Numbered from the stretch's first letter, positions 49,838 to 59,652 are shown. The stretch is 64,000 nt of DNA from Actinomycetota bacterium (GCA_021324675.1 JAJPIR010000146.1:6298-70297); one strand, 5' to 3'. The notes: generated from the letters alone by a model not told the origin. A program made the numbers and translations.

Positions 49838-50916
49838 CGACCGCCGCGGACTACCTGGCTACGCAGTTCACGCTCCCTCCGGGAAGCGAAGCGTCCGGAC
49901 CACCGGAAAGCCGTGGAGTGCCGCGCGACGGTGTGCGGCTGCTGGTAGCTCGGCCCGGCCAGATCGAGCACCGGCATTTCGTCGATTTGCCCACCCTGCT
50001 AGAGCCCGGCGACCTTGTGGTGGTCAACACGTCAGCCACCGTGCCGGCCGCCGTAAGCGGGTGTCGCGACGATGGCCACCCCGCGTCGGTGCATATCGCT
50101 ACCTCACTGAGCCCGGGGGAGTGGGTGGTGGAACTGCGCCAGCACGACGGGTGCGGACCCGACCTGTCCACTCGTCCAGGGCAGCGACTGCACCTGCCCG
50201 GCGGCGTGAAACTCGCGCTTAGCGCAGGCTATCCGGACGCTGCACCACCCGCCAGGGCGAGCCGGTTGTGGCGGGCGGCGGTGATTCCACCGACCCCGCT
50301 AGCGGAATACCTGTCCGTGTATGGCCGCCCGATTGGCTATGGCTACCTTTCCAAGCGGTACCCGTTAGCCGATTATCAAACGGTATACGCCCGGCAGCCG
50401 GGAAGTGCTGAGATGGCTAGCGCCGGCCGCCCGTTTACAGCGCCGTTGCTGGTACGGCTCATGTCAGTGGGCGTCACCTTCGCTCCGATCGTCCTGCACG
50501 CCGGGGTTTCCAGCCCGGAGGTGTACGAACCACCAGCTCCAGAGCGCTTCGAGGTACCCGAACCCACAGCGCGGCTGGTCCAGAGTGCACGCGAATCTGG
50601 GCACCGCGTCGTTGCGGTTGGTACCACCGTCGTGCGGGCTCTGGAGACTGCGGCGCACCCCGGTGGCGTGATCAAGCCCGCGCGTGGCTGGACCGACCTG
50701 GTCCTCACTCCCAGCCGTCCGGTCCGAGTCGTGACCGGCCTTATCACCGGCCTGCATGCGCCACAGGCCAGTCATCTGCGGTTACTTGAGGCCGTCGCCG
50801 GAGTCGAACTGGTCGGTGCCGCCTACACCGCGGCGGTGCAACACCGTTACCTGTGGCATGAGTTCGGTGACTCGACACTGTTCTTGCCCGAATGCGCTCG
50901 GCGCCACAACAGATAA
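49834..50916 (+). CDS. QueA-family (S-adenosylmethionine:tRNA ribosyltransferase-isomerase-like) protein
   Basis: Collinear with E. coli QueA as I recall it: PGDLVVVNTSATVPA, YQTVYARQPGSAEMASAGRPFT, VAVGTTVVRALETAA and HEFGDSTLF. The ATG overlaps the SDR stop (ATGA). Confidence 0.75.
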   Translation: MTTAADYLATQFTLPPGSEASGPPESRGVPRDGVRLLVARPGQIEHRHFVDLPTLLEPGDLVVVNTSATVPAAVSGCRDDGHPASVHIATSLSPGEWVVELRQHDGCGPDLSTRPGQRLHLPGGVKLALSAGYPDAAPPARASRLWRAAVIPPTPLAEYLSVYGRPIGYGYLSKRYPLADYQTVYARQPGSAEMASAGRPFTAPLLVRLMSVGVTFAPIVLHAGVSSPEVYEPPAPERFEVPEPTARLVQSARESGHRVVAVGTTVVRALETAAHPGGVIKPARGWTDLVLTPSRPVRVVTGLITGLHAPQASHLRLLEAVAGVELVGAAYTAAVQHRYLWHEFGDSTLFLPECARRHNR

Positions 50917-51057
50917 TCAGTAAATAATGAGCATATAACATATCGATGCAGGGTTTTCTAGAGGTGCGCCACACAAATCAGTGCATCGGAATAATGTCGT
51001 AATTACAGTGTTACAGTGTCCAGGTGTTGGCGTGAGGCGGCAGTAAAGGATGCTTTG

Positions 51058-52911
51058 ATGGACAATACGTGGAGCCTGCTGAACAGCGTGGCTCGTCAGC
51101 GTCCCATACCCCGCCCCTTGGCGCCAGGCACGGTGCGCCGGATTGCCGCATTCGCCAAGCCGCACCGGGCTTCGCTACTGACTTTTCTCGCACTCAGCAC
51201 GGCGTCTGCGGTACTCACCGTGGCGACTCCAGTGCTGGCCGGCCACGTCGTCGATGGCATAGTTGGGCACGCGCGGCCCGCATTAGTCTTCGGACTGGCT
51301 GTGCTGATCGCGGGATTAGCAGTGCTCGACGCGGGGATCGGGCTGGCATCACGCTGGCAGTCATCCCGGATCGGTGAGGGGCTCATCTTCGATTTGCGCC
51401 GGGCGGTGTTCGAGCATGTCCAGCGAATGCCAGTGGCGTTTTTCACCCGAACTCGGACCGGGGCACTGGTCAGCAGGCTCAACAACGACGTCATCGGCGC
51501 GCAGACCGCGCTGACCTCCACGCTGTCCGGCGTGGTCACCAATGTGATCCAGCTAGTGCTCACGCTGGCGGTGATGCTGACGCTGTCGTGGCCGGTCACC
51601 GTGCTGGCGCTGGTGCTGCTGCCGATCTTCGTCGTACCGGCGCGGGGAATGGGTGCCCGGATGGCCGAGTTGCGGCGCGAGGCCTCTACGCACAACGCGG
51701 CGATGACCACGCAGATGACCGAGCGGTTCTCCGCACCAGGCGCAACACTGGTGAAGTTGTTCGGACGGCCGGAGGCCGAAGCCGCTGAATTCGGCTATCG
51801 GGCAGCCCGGGTCCGGGACATCGGTGTGCGCAACGCGATGTCGGCGCGGATGTTCCTCACCGCGCTGAGCCTGGTCTCCGCGTTGGCCCAAGCGCTGGTC
51901 TACGGGCTAGGGGGCTGGTTGGCTCTGCGCGGCGACATCGCCCCGGGCACTGTGGTCAGCCTCGCGTTGCTACTCACCCGGCTTTACACACCGCTGACCG
52001 CGCTGGCCAACGCCCGGGTCGACGTGATGACGGCGTTGGTCGCCTTCGAGCGGGTCTTCGAGGTCCTCGACGTCAACCCAATGATCACTGAGCGGCCGGA
52101 CGCCCGAACGGTGCCGCCGGGCGAGGTCTCGGTGGAATTCGACAAGGTGGACTTTGCCTACCCTTCGGCCGAGCAGGTGTCGTTGGCATCCCTGGAGGAA
52201 GTGACCACCTTGGATGCGCGGGGAGGTACCGAGGTGTTGCACGGGGTGACTTTCCGTGCCGAACCTGGGCAATTAGTAGCGCTCGTGGGCTCCTCAGGGG
52301 CGGGGAAGTCCACCATCGCGTCGCTGGTTCCCCGCTTGTACGACGTCAGCGGTGGGGCGGTGCGGCTGGCCGGAATCGATGTCCGTGACTTGTCCTTTGC
52401 CGCGCTGCGCGACACGGTGGGCGTAGTGACCCAGGACGGGCACCTATTCCACGACAGCATTGCAGGAAACTTGCGCTTCGCCGCGCCGGACGCATCCGAC
52501 GAACAGTTGTGGGACACGTTGCAGCGGGCTCGGTTGGAGCCGCTGGTGCGGTCGTTGCCCGACGGGTTGGACACCGTGGTCGGCGACCGCGGGTACCGCC
52601 TTTCCGGTGGTGAACGGCAACGGCTGGCCATCGCTCGCCTGCTGCTGGCCCGACCTCGCGTGGTGATCCTCGACGAGGCTACCGCACATCTGGACTCGGA
52701 GTCTGAAGCGGCAGTGCAGGCCGCACTTGCCGAGGCGCTGCATGGGCGTACCGCACTGGTCATCGCACACCGGCTGTCCACCATCCGCGCTGCCGACCAG
52801 ATCCTGGTGATCGAAGACGGCCGGATCATCGAACGGGGCACACACGAACAGCTGCTCGCTGCCGGTGGTCGGTACGCCCAGCTGCACCACACCCAGTTCG
52901 CCCTCGCCTAA
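51058..52911 (+). CDS. ABC exporter, fused permease and ATPase
   Basis: Six-TM ABC_membrane region followed by GSSGAGKST, LSGGERQRLAIAR and VVILDEATAHLD. ATG at 51058 follows AAGGA (the track ORF begins at 51016). Confidence 0.85.
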   Translation: MDNTWSLLNSVARQRPIPRPLAPGTVRRIAAFAKPHRASLLTFLALSTASAVLTVATPVLAGHVVDGIVGHARPALVFGLAVLIAGLAVLDAGIGLASRWQSSRIGEGLIFDLRRAVFEHVQRMPVAFFTRTRTGALVSRLNNDVIGAQTALTSTLSGVVTNVIQLVLTLAVMLTLSWPVTVLALVLLPIFVVPARGMGARMAELRREASTHNAAMTTQMTERFSAPGATLVKLFGRPEAEAAEFGYRAARVRDIGVRNAMSARMFLTALSLVSALAQALVYGLGGWLALRGDIAPGTVVSLALLLTRLYTPLTALANARVDVMTALVAFERVFEVLDVNPMITERPDARTVPPGEVSVEFDKVDFAYPSAEQVSLASLEEVTTLDARGGTEVLHGVTFRAEPGQLVALVGSSGAGKSTIASLVPRLYDVSGGAVRLAGIDVRDLSFAALRDTVGVVTQDGHLFHDSIAGNLRFAAPDASDEQLWDTLQRARLEPLVRSLPDGLDTVVGDRGYRLSGGERQRLAIARLLLARPRVVILDEATAHLDSESEAAVQAALAEALHGRTALVIAHRLSTIRAADQILVIEDGRIIERGTHEQLLAAGGRYAQLHHTQFALA

Positions 52912-52916
52912 CCCGG

Positions 52917-52986
52917 TGTGTCGCGCTCTCGTGCCGGGTGTGTCGGGCCCCCAGGACCGACACACCCGGCACGAGAGCGCGACACA
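52917..52986. terminator. Perfect 30-bp inverted repeat with a 10-nt loop
   Basis: tgtgtcgcgctctcgtgccgggtgtgtcgg (52917..52946) pairs perfectly with ccgacacacccggcacgagagcgcgacaca (52957..52986). It starts 6 nt after the ABC exporter stop. No U-tract. Confidence 0.65.
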
Positions 52987-53096
52987 GGGCGGGGAACCGG
53001 ATGGGAACGGCAAACGAACGTCATTGGCGTAACGCTGCAAGTGTCGGAGTAACTGGGTAGCGTGGCGAGGGCCCGTCAATTCCCAGGAGGTGGGCC

Positions 53097-54446
53097 GTGA
53101 CGGCAGAGGCAGCGCGGCCTTGGACTTCAGCGCCAGCCGCACCACCCACGGTGCTGGGCTCCCGCGAAGAGGCCGAAATCTATGTCGCGTCGGTGTGCTT
53201 CAAGCACGGCCCGCCACGGCTGCTCGGCGCCGAGCTCGAGTGGGTGGTACAGCATTCCGGGAATCCCCATCGTCCGTTGCAGGCTCAGCACCTGGCCGAA
53301 GCGCTCGGCGCACATGTCCCCCGTTCCCTCGTCCCCGACAGCCCCCACCGTCCTCTTCCCTACGGCTCCACCGTCACGGTCGAACCCGGCGGTCAGCTAG
53401 AGATCTCCAGCCCTCCTTGCGCCTCGCTGACCGAGCTCATCGCCACCGTAGAAGGCGATACCGCCGCACTGACCGAACTGCTCAATCCCGCAGGCCTGGT
53501 CCTTACGAATCTGGGGTCTGACCCGTATCGGCCATCCCACCGGCTGATCGACATCCCCCGCTACGTCGCCATGGAGATCGCATTCGACCGGATCGGTCCA
53601 ATGGGGCGAGCCATGATGTGTTCCACCGCTGCGGTACAGGTGTGCCTGGATGCTGGCACTCCCTCTGACGTGGCACTGCGCTGGGCAGCCCTGCACGATC
53701 TCGGGCCTGTGCTGGTGGCCGCGTTCGCCAACTCGCCGTGGCTGGGCGGCCGCCTTACCGGATGGGTGTCATCCCGGATGCAGGCCTGGTTCGCGCTGGA
53801 TCCGGTCCGCACCAGACCAAGCCCCGTGCACTGGGATCCGCAATTGGACTGGAATCCAGCTGCTGACTGGGCCCGCCGAGCGCTGGACACTCCGTTGCTC
53901 TGCCAGCGCCGTCCTTGTGGGAGTTGGGAGGTGCCCAGCGGGGTCACCTTTGCCGACTGGTTGTCCGGAGCGCTTCCAGGCCGGCCCAGCACCGCTGACC
54001 TGGATTACCACCTGACCACGTTGTTCCCGCCGGTGCGACCGCAGGGCTACCTCGAAGTCCGCTACCTCGACGCCCAGCCGGCAGGGCAGTGGCTGGTTCC
54101 GGTGGCCGTGCTCGCCGCGCTGCTCGCCGATCCGGAGGTGACCGCGGCCGCTCGCGATGCCTGCGCGCCGGCGGCTGGACGGTGGTTGCAGGCGGCCAAA
54201 CGCGGCCTGCGCGACAGCATCCTCGCCGTTGCCGCAAGGGAAGTCTTCGAGCTCGCCTGCGCAGCCCTGCCGGCCTTGCATGCCCCGCCAGAGTTGCAGG
54301 TGCTGCTGGAGGAGATCACCGAGTACCGGGTCCGGCGGGGTCGCTGCCCAGCAGACGATCTCATCAATGCCGCGGGCGACAGCGTCGCACCAACTGGTGG
54401 CACACAACGTAACGGATCGCGATGCACTGGAGGGCAGCTGCTGTGA
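53097..54446 (+). CDS. egtA: Glutamate-cysteine ligase EgtA (ergothioneine pathway)
   Basis: GCS2-family pattern (LGAELEWVV, VTVEPGGQLEISSPP) and position at the head of egtBCD. GTG after CAGGAGGTGGG. Confidence 0.88.
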   Translation: MTAEAARPWTSAPAAPPTVLGSREEAEIYVASVCFKHGPPRLLGAELEWVVQHSGNPHRPLQAQHLAEALGAHVPRSLVPDSPHRPLPYGSTVTVEPGGQLEISSPPCASLTELIATVEGDTAALTELLNPAGLVLTNLGSDPYRPSHRLIDIPRYVAMEIAFDRIGPMGRAMMCSTAAVQVCLDAGTPSDVALRWAALHDLGPVLVAAFANSPWLGGRLTGWVSSRMQAWFALDPVRTRPSPVHWDPQLDWNPAADWARRALDTPLLCQRRPCGSWEVPSGVTFADWLSGALPGRPSTADLDYHLTTLFPPVRPQGYLEVRYLDAQPAGQWLVPVAVLAALLADPEVTAAARDACAPAAGRWLQAAKRGLRDSILAVAAREVFELACAALPALHAPPELQVLLEEITEYRVRRGRCPADDLINAAGDSVAPTGGTQRNGSRCTGGQLL

Positions 54447-55780
54447 GTACACCGATCATCGAGCTGAGCGCCACCGCCCTGCGCGATCACGTGGCTGCTG
54501 AGCTGAGCCGTACCCGCGCCCGCAGCGAGGCGCTCACCGGCGCCGTGGACGACACCGAGCTGGTTCGCCAGCATTCTCCGATCATGTCCCCGCTGATCTG
54601 GGACTTCGCCCACATCGGTAACCAGGAGGAACTCTGGCTGGTACGCGACGTGGGGGGCCGCGAGCCCGTCCGGGCCGACATCGACTATCTGTACGACGCG
54701 TTTAAACAGCCCAGACCCAACCGGCCCGCGTTGCCTCTTTTGGACCCCACCCAGACGCGGCGCTACCTGGGTGAGGTGCGCAGCAAGGTGCTTGACGTAC
54801 TGGATAGCGTCCCGCTCGAGGGCCGCAGGCTTGTCGAGCACGGTTTCGCCTTCGGAATGATCATGCAGCACGAGCAGCAGCATGACGAGACAATGCTGGC
54901 CACTCACCAGCTCCGGGTTGGCCCGGCCGCGCTGCACGCCCCCGCCCCCGCAGCCGAGCGCTCCCCAAACCTGCCCGACGAGGTGCTGATTCCCGCCGGC
55001 GAGTTCACCATGGGGACATCCACCGAACCATGGGCGCTGGACAACGAGCGCCCCGCTCACCAGGCCCGCACTGCTGCCTACTGGATCGACACCACTCCGG
55101 TGACCAACCAGCACTACCTGTGGTTCATCGCCGACGGCGGCTACGACGACCCGCGGTGGTGGAGCAAGCGTGGCTGGGCACACCGGTGCGAGGCAGGCCT
55201 GGTGGCGCCGCTGTTCTGGTCCTTCGACGGAAAGCAGTGGTGGCGCACCCGATTTGGCGTCACTGAGCTAATCCCACCCCAGGAGCCGGTCATGCACGTC
55301 AGCTTCTTCGAGGCTGAGGCTTACGCGGCGTGGGCCGGCAAGCGCCTACCCACCGAGGTTGAGTGGGAGAAGGCTGCCCGGTTCGACCCCGTTACCGGAC
55401 GGTCCCGCCGCTACCCGTGGGGTGATGACGATCCCACCCCGGCACACGCCAATCTGGGGCAGCGGCATCTCCAGCCCGCACCAGCGGGCAGCTATCCCGC
55501 AGGTGCGTCCCCGCTGGGCGTGCACCAGCTGATCGGCGACGTCTGGGAGTGGACGTCCTCCGGCTTCTCCGGCTATCCCGGCTTCGCGGCGTTCCCGTAC
55601 CGGGAGTACTCCGAGGTGTTCTTCGGGGGGGACTACCGGATGTTGCGGGGCGGCTCGTTCGCCACCGATGCCCCTGCCTGCCGGGGAACTTTCCGGAACT
55701 GGGACCACCCGATCCGCCGGCAGATCTTCACCGGTTTCCGCTGTGCCCGGGATGCCGGCGCCGAGCATCAGGCTGGTTGA
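54443..55780 (+). CDS. egtB: Hercynine sulfoxide synthase EgtB (DinB_2 plus FGE-sulfatase domains)
   Basis: WDFAHIGNQEELW and QHEQQHDETM (iron-binding His motif), plus C-terminal FGE-like RGGSFATD...FRCARD. The GTG at 54443 overlaps the egtA TGA (GTGA). Confidence 0.9.
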   Translation: MSTPIIELSATALRDHVAAELSRTRARSEALTGAVDDTELVRQHSPIMSPLIWDFAHIGNQEELWLVRDVGGREPVRADIDYLYDAFKQPRPNRPALPLLDPTQTRRYLGEVRSKVLDVLDSVPLEGRRLVEHGFAFGMIMQHEQQHDETMLATHQLRVGPAALHAPAPAAERSPNLPDEVLIPAGEFTMGTSTEPWALDNERPAHQARTAAYWIDTTPVTNQHYLWFIADGGYDDPRWWSKRGWAHRCEAGLVAPLFWSFDGKQWWRTRFGVTELIPPQEPVMHVSFFEAEAYAAWAGKRLPTEVEWEKAARFDPVTGRSRRYPWGDDDPTPAHANLGQRHLQPAPAGSYPAGASPLGVHQLIGDVWEWTSSGFSGYPGFAAFPYREYSEVFFGGDYRMLRGGSFATDAPACRGTFRNWDHPIRRQIFTGFRCARDAGAEHQAG

Positions 55781-55784
55781 CCGC

Positions 55785-56549
55785 GTGTGCCGGCACCTGG
55801 CCTATCTCGGGCCGCCCCGTGACCTGGCGACGCTGCTGCTGCACCCACCGCACTCGCTGCTGCGGCAAAGTTTCGCCCCTGGTGACATGCGCTGTGATGC
55901 CGTCGTCAACGCCGACGGGTTCGGTGCAGGTTGGTATCCGGAGGGCGCGGCCATCCCGGTCCGGTACCGGCGTGTCATCCCGATCTGGGCGGACACGTCG
56001 TTCGCCGCGCTAGCTGGCGCGGTCCGCAGCGGCGCGGTGCTCGCCGCCGTGCGGTCGGCGACAGTTGGCATGCCAGTGACCGAGATCGCCTGCTCACCGT
56101 TATCAAGCGGTCGCTGGTTATTCAGCCATAACGGCATGGTCACCGGCTGGCCAGACAGTATGGCAAAGCTGGCCAGCCAGCTGCCGGTCACCGACTTGCT
56201 CACCTTGGAAGCACCCACTGACTCTGCGCTGCTGTGGGCGCTAGTCCGGCGCCGGTTGGTGGCTGGTGAGACGCTCGGTCAAGCGTTGGGCACGGTCACC
56301 GCCCAAGTGCTGGCCACTGCTCCTGGTTCAAAGCTCAACCTGCTGGTCACCGACGGCACCACGCTTGCTGCCACCGCGGTGCACCACGCATTGGCCGTTC
56401 GGCTCGGCGATGGGGGAGTGCAGGTCTGCTCCGAGCCGACCGACCACCGCGCAGGCTGGGAACGCGTCCCGGACGGGCACGTAGTCACCGCGACACCCTT
56501 CACCGTGGACACCGCACCAATCCCTTCGACCACTGCCGAGGAGCCATGA
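55785..56549 (+). CDS. egtC: Amidohydrolase EgtC (class II glutamine amidotransferase fold)
   Basis: Begins (M)CRHLAYLG with the Ntn nucleophile Cys at position 2. HNGMV motif. Position between egtB and egtD. Confidence 0.88.
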   Translation: MCRHLAYLGPPRDLATLLLHPPHSLLRQSFAPGDMRCDAVVNADGFGAGWYPEGAAIPVRYRRVIPIWADTSFAALAGAVRSGAVLAAVRSATVGMPVTEIACSPLSSGRWLFSHNGMVTGWPDSMAKLASQLPVTDLLTLEAPTDSALLWALVRRRLVAGETLGQALGTVTAQVLATAPGSKLNLLVTDGTTLAATAVHHALAVRLGDGGVQVCSEPTDHRAGWERVPDGHVVTATPFTVDTAPIPSTTAEEP

Positions 56550-57541
56550 CCGCGCCTGTACTTGATGTCTATCTGTCCGAGGCTGACGCCGCCCACGCGT
56601 TACGCCACGACGTTCGAGTAGGGCTGTCGGCCGACCCCAAATGGCTGCCACCCAGGTGGCTTTACGACGCCCGCGGTAGCGAACTGTTCGAGCGCATCAC
56701 CACGCTGCCGGAGTACTACCCCACCCGGACTGAGCGGGCATTGCTACGGCAGGTCGTGGCTCAGATCGCGGCGCGGGCAGCCGTCGACACCCTCGTCGAG
56801 CTCGGTTCGGGTTCGTCGGAGAAGACGCGGTTGTTGCTCGATGCGCTCACCGCCACCGGATCGCTGCGGCGCTTCGTGCCACTGGACGTCTCGGAGTCTG
56901 CGTTGCGTGCCGCGATGACGGCAGTGGCGCGTGAGTATCCCCACTTGGTGGTGCATGGTGTCGTGGGCGACTTCACCGAGCACCTGGAGCTGCTGCCAGC
57001 CGGGGGCAGCGGGCGCCGCTTGGTGGCCTTCCTCGGCGGCACGATCGGCAATCTCGTGCCGGACGAGCGCGCCGCGTTCTTCGCCACGTTGCACGCCGCG
57101 CTGGATCCGGGCGAGTTGCTGTTGCTGGGCGCCGGGCTGATCACCGACCCAGCGATCATGATACCCGCGTATGACGACGCCGCGGGCGTCACCGCCGAGT
57201 TCAACCGCAATGTGCTGCACGTGCTAAACCGCGAACTCGGTGCCGATTTCGATGTCACCGCTTTCGATCATATTGCACTGTGGGATGCCACCCAGGAGTG
57301 GATCGAGATGCGGCTACGGGCCCGCCGCGCGATGACCGTGCACGTCCCTGCAATCGGCATGCGAGTGCAGTTCGCCGAGGGTGAGCAGATGCGCACCGAG
57401 GTCTCCGCCAAGTTCCGCCGGGCCGGACTTCGCGCAGAGCTATTGGCTGCCGGGTTTACCGACCAGCTGTGGTGGACCGATCCCGACGACCGGTTCGCGT
57501 TGGTACTGGCCACCGTTTCATTGCGAAAGATCGCATCTTAG
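56546..57541 (+). CDS. egtD: L-histidine N-alpha-methyltransferase EgtD
   Basis: WLYDARGSELFERITTLPEYYPTRTE, ELGSGSSEKTR and FLGGTIGN. The ATG overlaps the egtC stop. Confidence 0.9.
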   Translation: MTAPVLDVYLSEADAAHALRHDVRVGLSADPKWLPPRWLYDARGSELFERITTLPEYYPTRTERALLRQVVAQIAARAAVDTLVELGSGSSEKTRLLLDALTATGSLRRFVPLDVSESALRAAMTAVAREYPHLVVHGVVGDFTEHLELLPAGGSGRRLVAFLGGTIGNLVPDERAAFFATLHAALDPGELLLLGAGLITDPAIMIPAYDDAAGVTAEFNRNVLHVLNRELGADFDVTAFDHIALWDATQEWIEMRLRARRAMTVHVPAIGMRVQFAEGEQMRTEVSAKFRRAGLRAELLAAGFTDQLWWTDPDDRFALVLATVSLRKIAS

Positions 57542-57588
57542 GAAGAGCCTTGCCGGCGCCCTCACGACCGCTATCACACGGGACCCAC

Positions 57589-57795
57589 CCCATCGTCTTG
57601 CTGACTAGTGACCATCCGGCGACCACTGCCGCAGTCGCCGCAGAGCTCGACACCAAGTGGACAGTGCAGGTGATGCCCAAGGAGCAACAGGACCTGGTCG
57701 CTGCCCTGCGGGAGCAAGGCCACAGCGTGGCCATGGTTGGTGACGGCGTCGACGACGCGCCGGCACTGGCGCTGGCGGATACCGACTTATCCGCT
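57589..57795 (+). pseudogene. Relic of a P-type ATPase (HAD/hinge region only)
   Basis: PIVLLTSDHPATTAAVAAELD...VMPKEQQDLVAALREQGHSVAMVGDGVDDAPALALAD aligns with TPVLLTGDNESVARCVAAEVG...[37 protein letters not shown] of the ctpV-like gene in this window. No N-terminal, TM or phosphorylation domains are present. Confidence 0.6.
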
Positions 57796-57845
57796 TCGGC
57801 CGGCGCGCTAGGTTTACCCGGCCGAAGGCCGGGCTAGGCACCATC

Positions 57846-59627
57846 GTGACCAGCACTGGCGCCGAGACTCTGGGACTGTATCCACCGCAGGTGTTGCGTG
57901 AGTACGCCTTGCTGGCTGACGGGGAACGCGGCGCTCTGGTGGGTCCGCGCGGCGAGGTGGTGTGGATGTGCTTTCCTCGCTGGCATTCCGATGCGGTGTT
58001 CTCCGCTTTGATCGGTGGCAGCGGGATATACGCGATCACCCCCACCGGCCGGTTCGTCTGGGGTGGCTACTACGAAGACGGCAGCTTGGTCTGGCGTTCC
58101 AGGTGGGTCACTGAGACCGGCATCGTCGAGTGCCGTGAGGCGCTGGCCTTCCCGGGGGACGTGGACCGGGCCGTGCTGCTGCGGCGCATCATCGCGGTGC
58201 AGGGCAGCGCCGAAGTGGACATCATCCTGGAGCCGGCCGCCGGATTCGGCCGCCGGCGACTGAGCCATCTAAACCGCGAGGGCGACTGCTGGGAGGGGCA
58301 GGTAGGCGAGCTGTATATACGGTGGACCGGTGGGGCGGGCGCCAGCGTTCACGGGCGGCATGTCCGGTCGCTTCGGGTCACGCGCACCGTGCCCGAAGGT
58401 GGTCACCACGACCTGGTCCTGGAGTTGTCCGGAACCCCGTTCGACGCCGCACCACCGGACGCGGATCGCCTTTGGAAGGCCACCACAACGGGCTGGCGGC
58501 ATACCATGCCACAGCTGGGGGACAGTGTCGCTCCCCGCGATGCTCGCCACGCCTACGCCGTACTACGCGGATTGACCAGCTCGAGTGGCGGCATGGTCGC
58601 CGCGGCCACCATGAGCCTGCCCGAACGTGCGGAAAAGGATCGTAACTACGACTACCGCTACGCCTGGATCCGCGACCAGTGCTATGCCGGTCATGCCGTT
58701 GCCGCTGACGCGCCACACCCGCTCCTTGACGACGCGGTGCAGTTCGTCACCGAACGCCTTGTCGAGGACGGCCCCAACCTGAAGCCTGCCTACACCGTCG
58801 TCGGTGGGCCGGTGCCTGACCAGCGCTGCTTGAACCTGCCCGGCTATCCAGGCGGCCACGACATTGTCGGCAACCATGTGAATGCTCAATTTCAGCTCGA
58901 CACCTTCGGTGAAGCATTGCTGCTTTTCGCTGCGGCTGCCCGCCACGGCCACCTGGACACCGATCACTATCAGGGCGTTACCGCCGCTGTAACCGCTATC
59001 CAGCGCCGCTGGCAGGATGCAGACGCCGGAATTTGGGAACTGGACAACCGGCGCTGGGCGCACTCCCGGCTGATCTGCGCCGCCGGACTCCGGGCCATGG
59101 CCGGCGCGGGGGTGTCCGCCGCGGACGCTGCCGAATGGAGCGGGCTCGCCGACGCCATCGAGGCCGATGTCGCGGCTGACTGCCGCCATCCATCCGGACG
59201 ATGGCAACGCGCGCCCGACGACCCACGCGTTGATGCTTCATTGCTGCTGCCGGCGATCCGAGGTGCTTTGCCGCCCAGTGACCCGCGCAGCGTGGCCACG
59301 GTGGCGGCGGTTCGCGCTGACTTGGCGCAGGAGGGCTACGTCTACCGGTTCCGCCACGACCGGCGTGAACCCGGGCAGACTGAGGGCGCCTTCACGCTAT
59401 GCGGCTTCTTCATGGCCCTGGCCGATCACCAGCAAGGCGAAACGCTTGCCGCCCGCACGTGGTTTGAACGTAACCGGGTGGCCTGCGGACCCCCCGGACT
59501 GTTCTCCGAGGAATTCGACGTCACCCAACGCCAGCTACGCGGCAACCTGCCACAAGCCTTTGTGCACGCGCTCCTGCTGGAAACGGCATTGCGGCTCACC
59601 CGGCCTTGGAGTCCGTGCAACCCGTGA
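57846..59627 (+). CDS. Glycoside hydrolase family 15 protein (glucoamylase/trehalase-like)
   Basis: YDYRYAWIRDQCY and GIWELDNRRWAHSRL are typical of the actinobacterial GH15 (alpha/alpha)6 barrel. 593 aa. Confidence 0.8.
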   Translation: MTSTGAETLGLYPPQVLREYALLADGERGALVGPRGEVVWMCFPRWHSDAVFSALIGGSGIYAITPTGRFVWGGYYEDGSLVWRSRWVTETGIVECREALAFPGDVDRAVLLRRIIAVQGSAEVDIILEPAAGFGRRRLSHLNREGDCWEGQVGELYIRWTGGAGASVHGRHVRSLRVTRTVPEGGHHDLVLELSGTPFDAAPPDADRLWKATTTGWRHTMPQLGDSVAPRDARHAYAVLRGLTSSSGGMVAAATMSLPERAEKDRNYDYRYAWIRDQCYAGHAVAADAPHPLLDDAVQFVTERLVEDGPNLKPAYTVVGGPVPDQRCLNLPGYPGGHDIVGNHVNAQFQLDTFGEALLLFAAAARHGHLDTDHYQGVTAAVTAIQRRWQDADAGIWELDNRRWAHSRLICAAGLRAMAGAGVSAADAAEWSGLADAIEADVAADCRHPSGRWQRAPDDPRVDASLLLPAIRGALPPSDPRSVATVAAVRADLAQEGYVYRFRHDRREPGQTEGAFTLCGFFMALADHQQGETLAARTWFERNRVACGPPGLFSEEFDVTQRQLRGNLPQAFVHALLLETALRLTRPWSPCNP

Positions 59628-59652
59628 CGAGATACGGGCCGCCGGGGCCATC

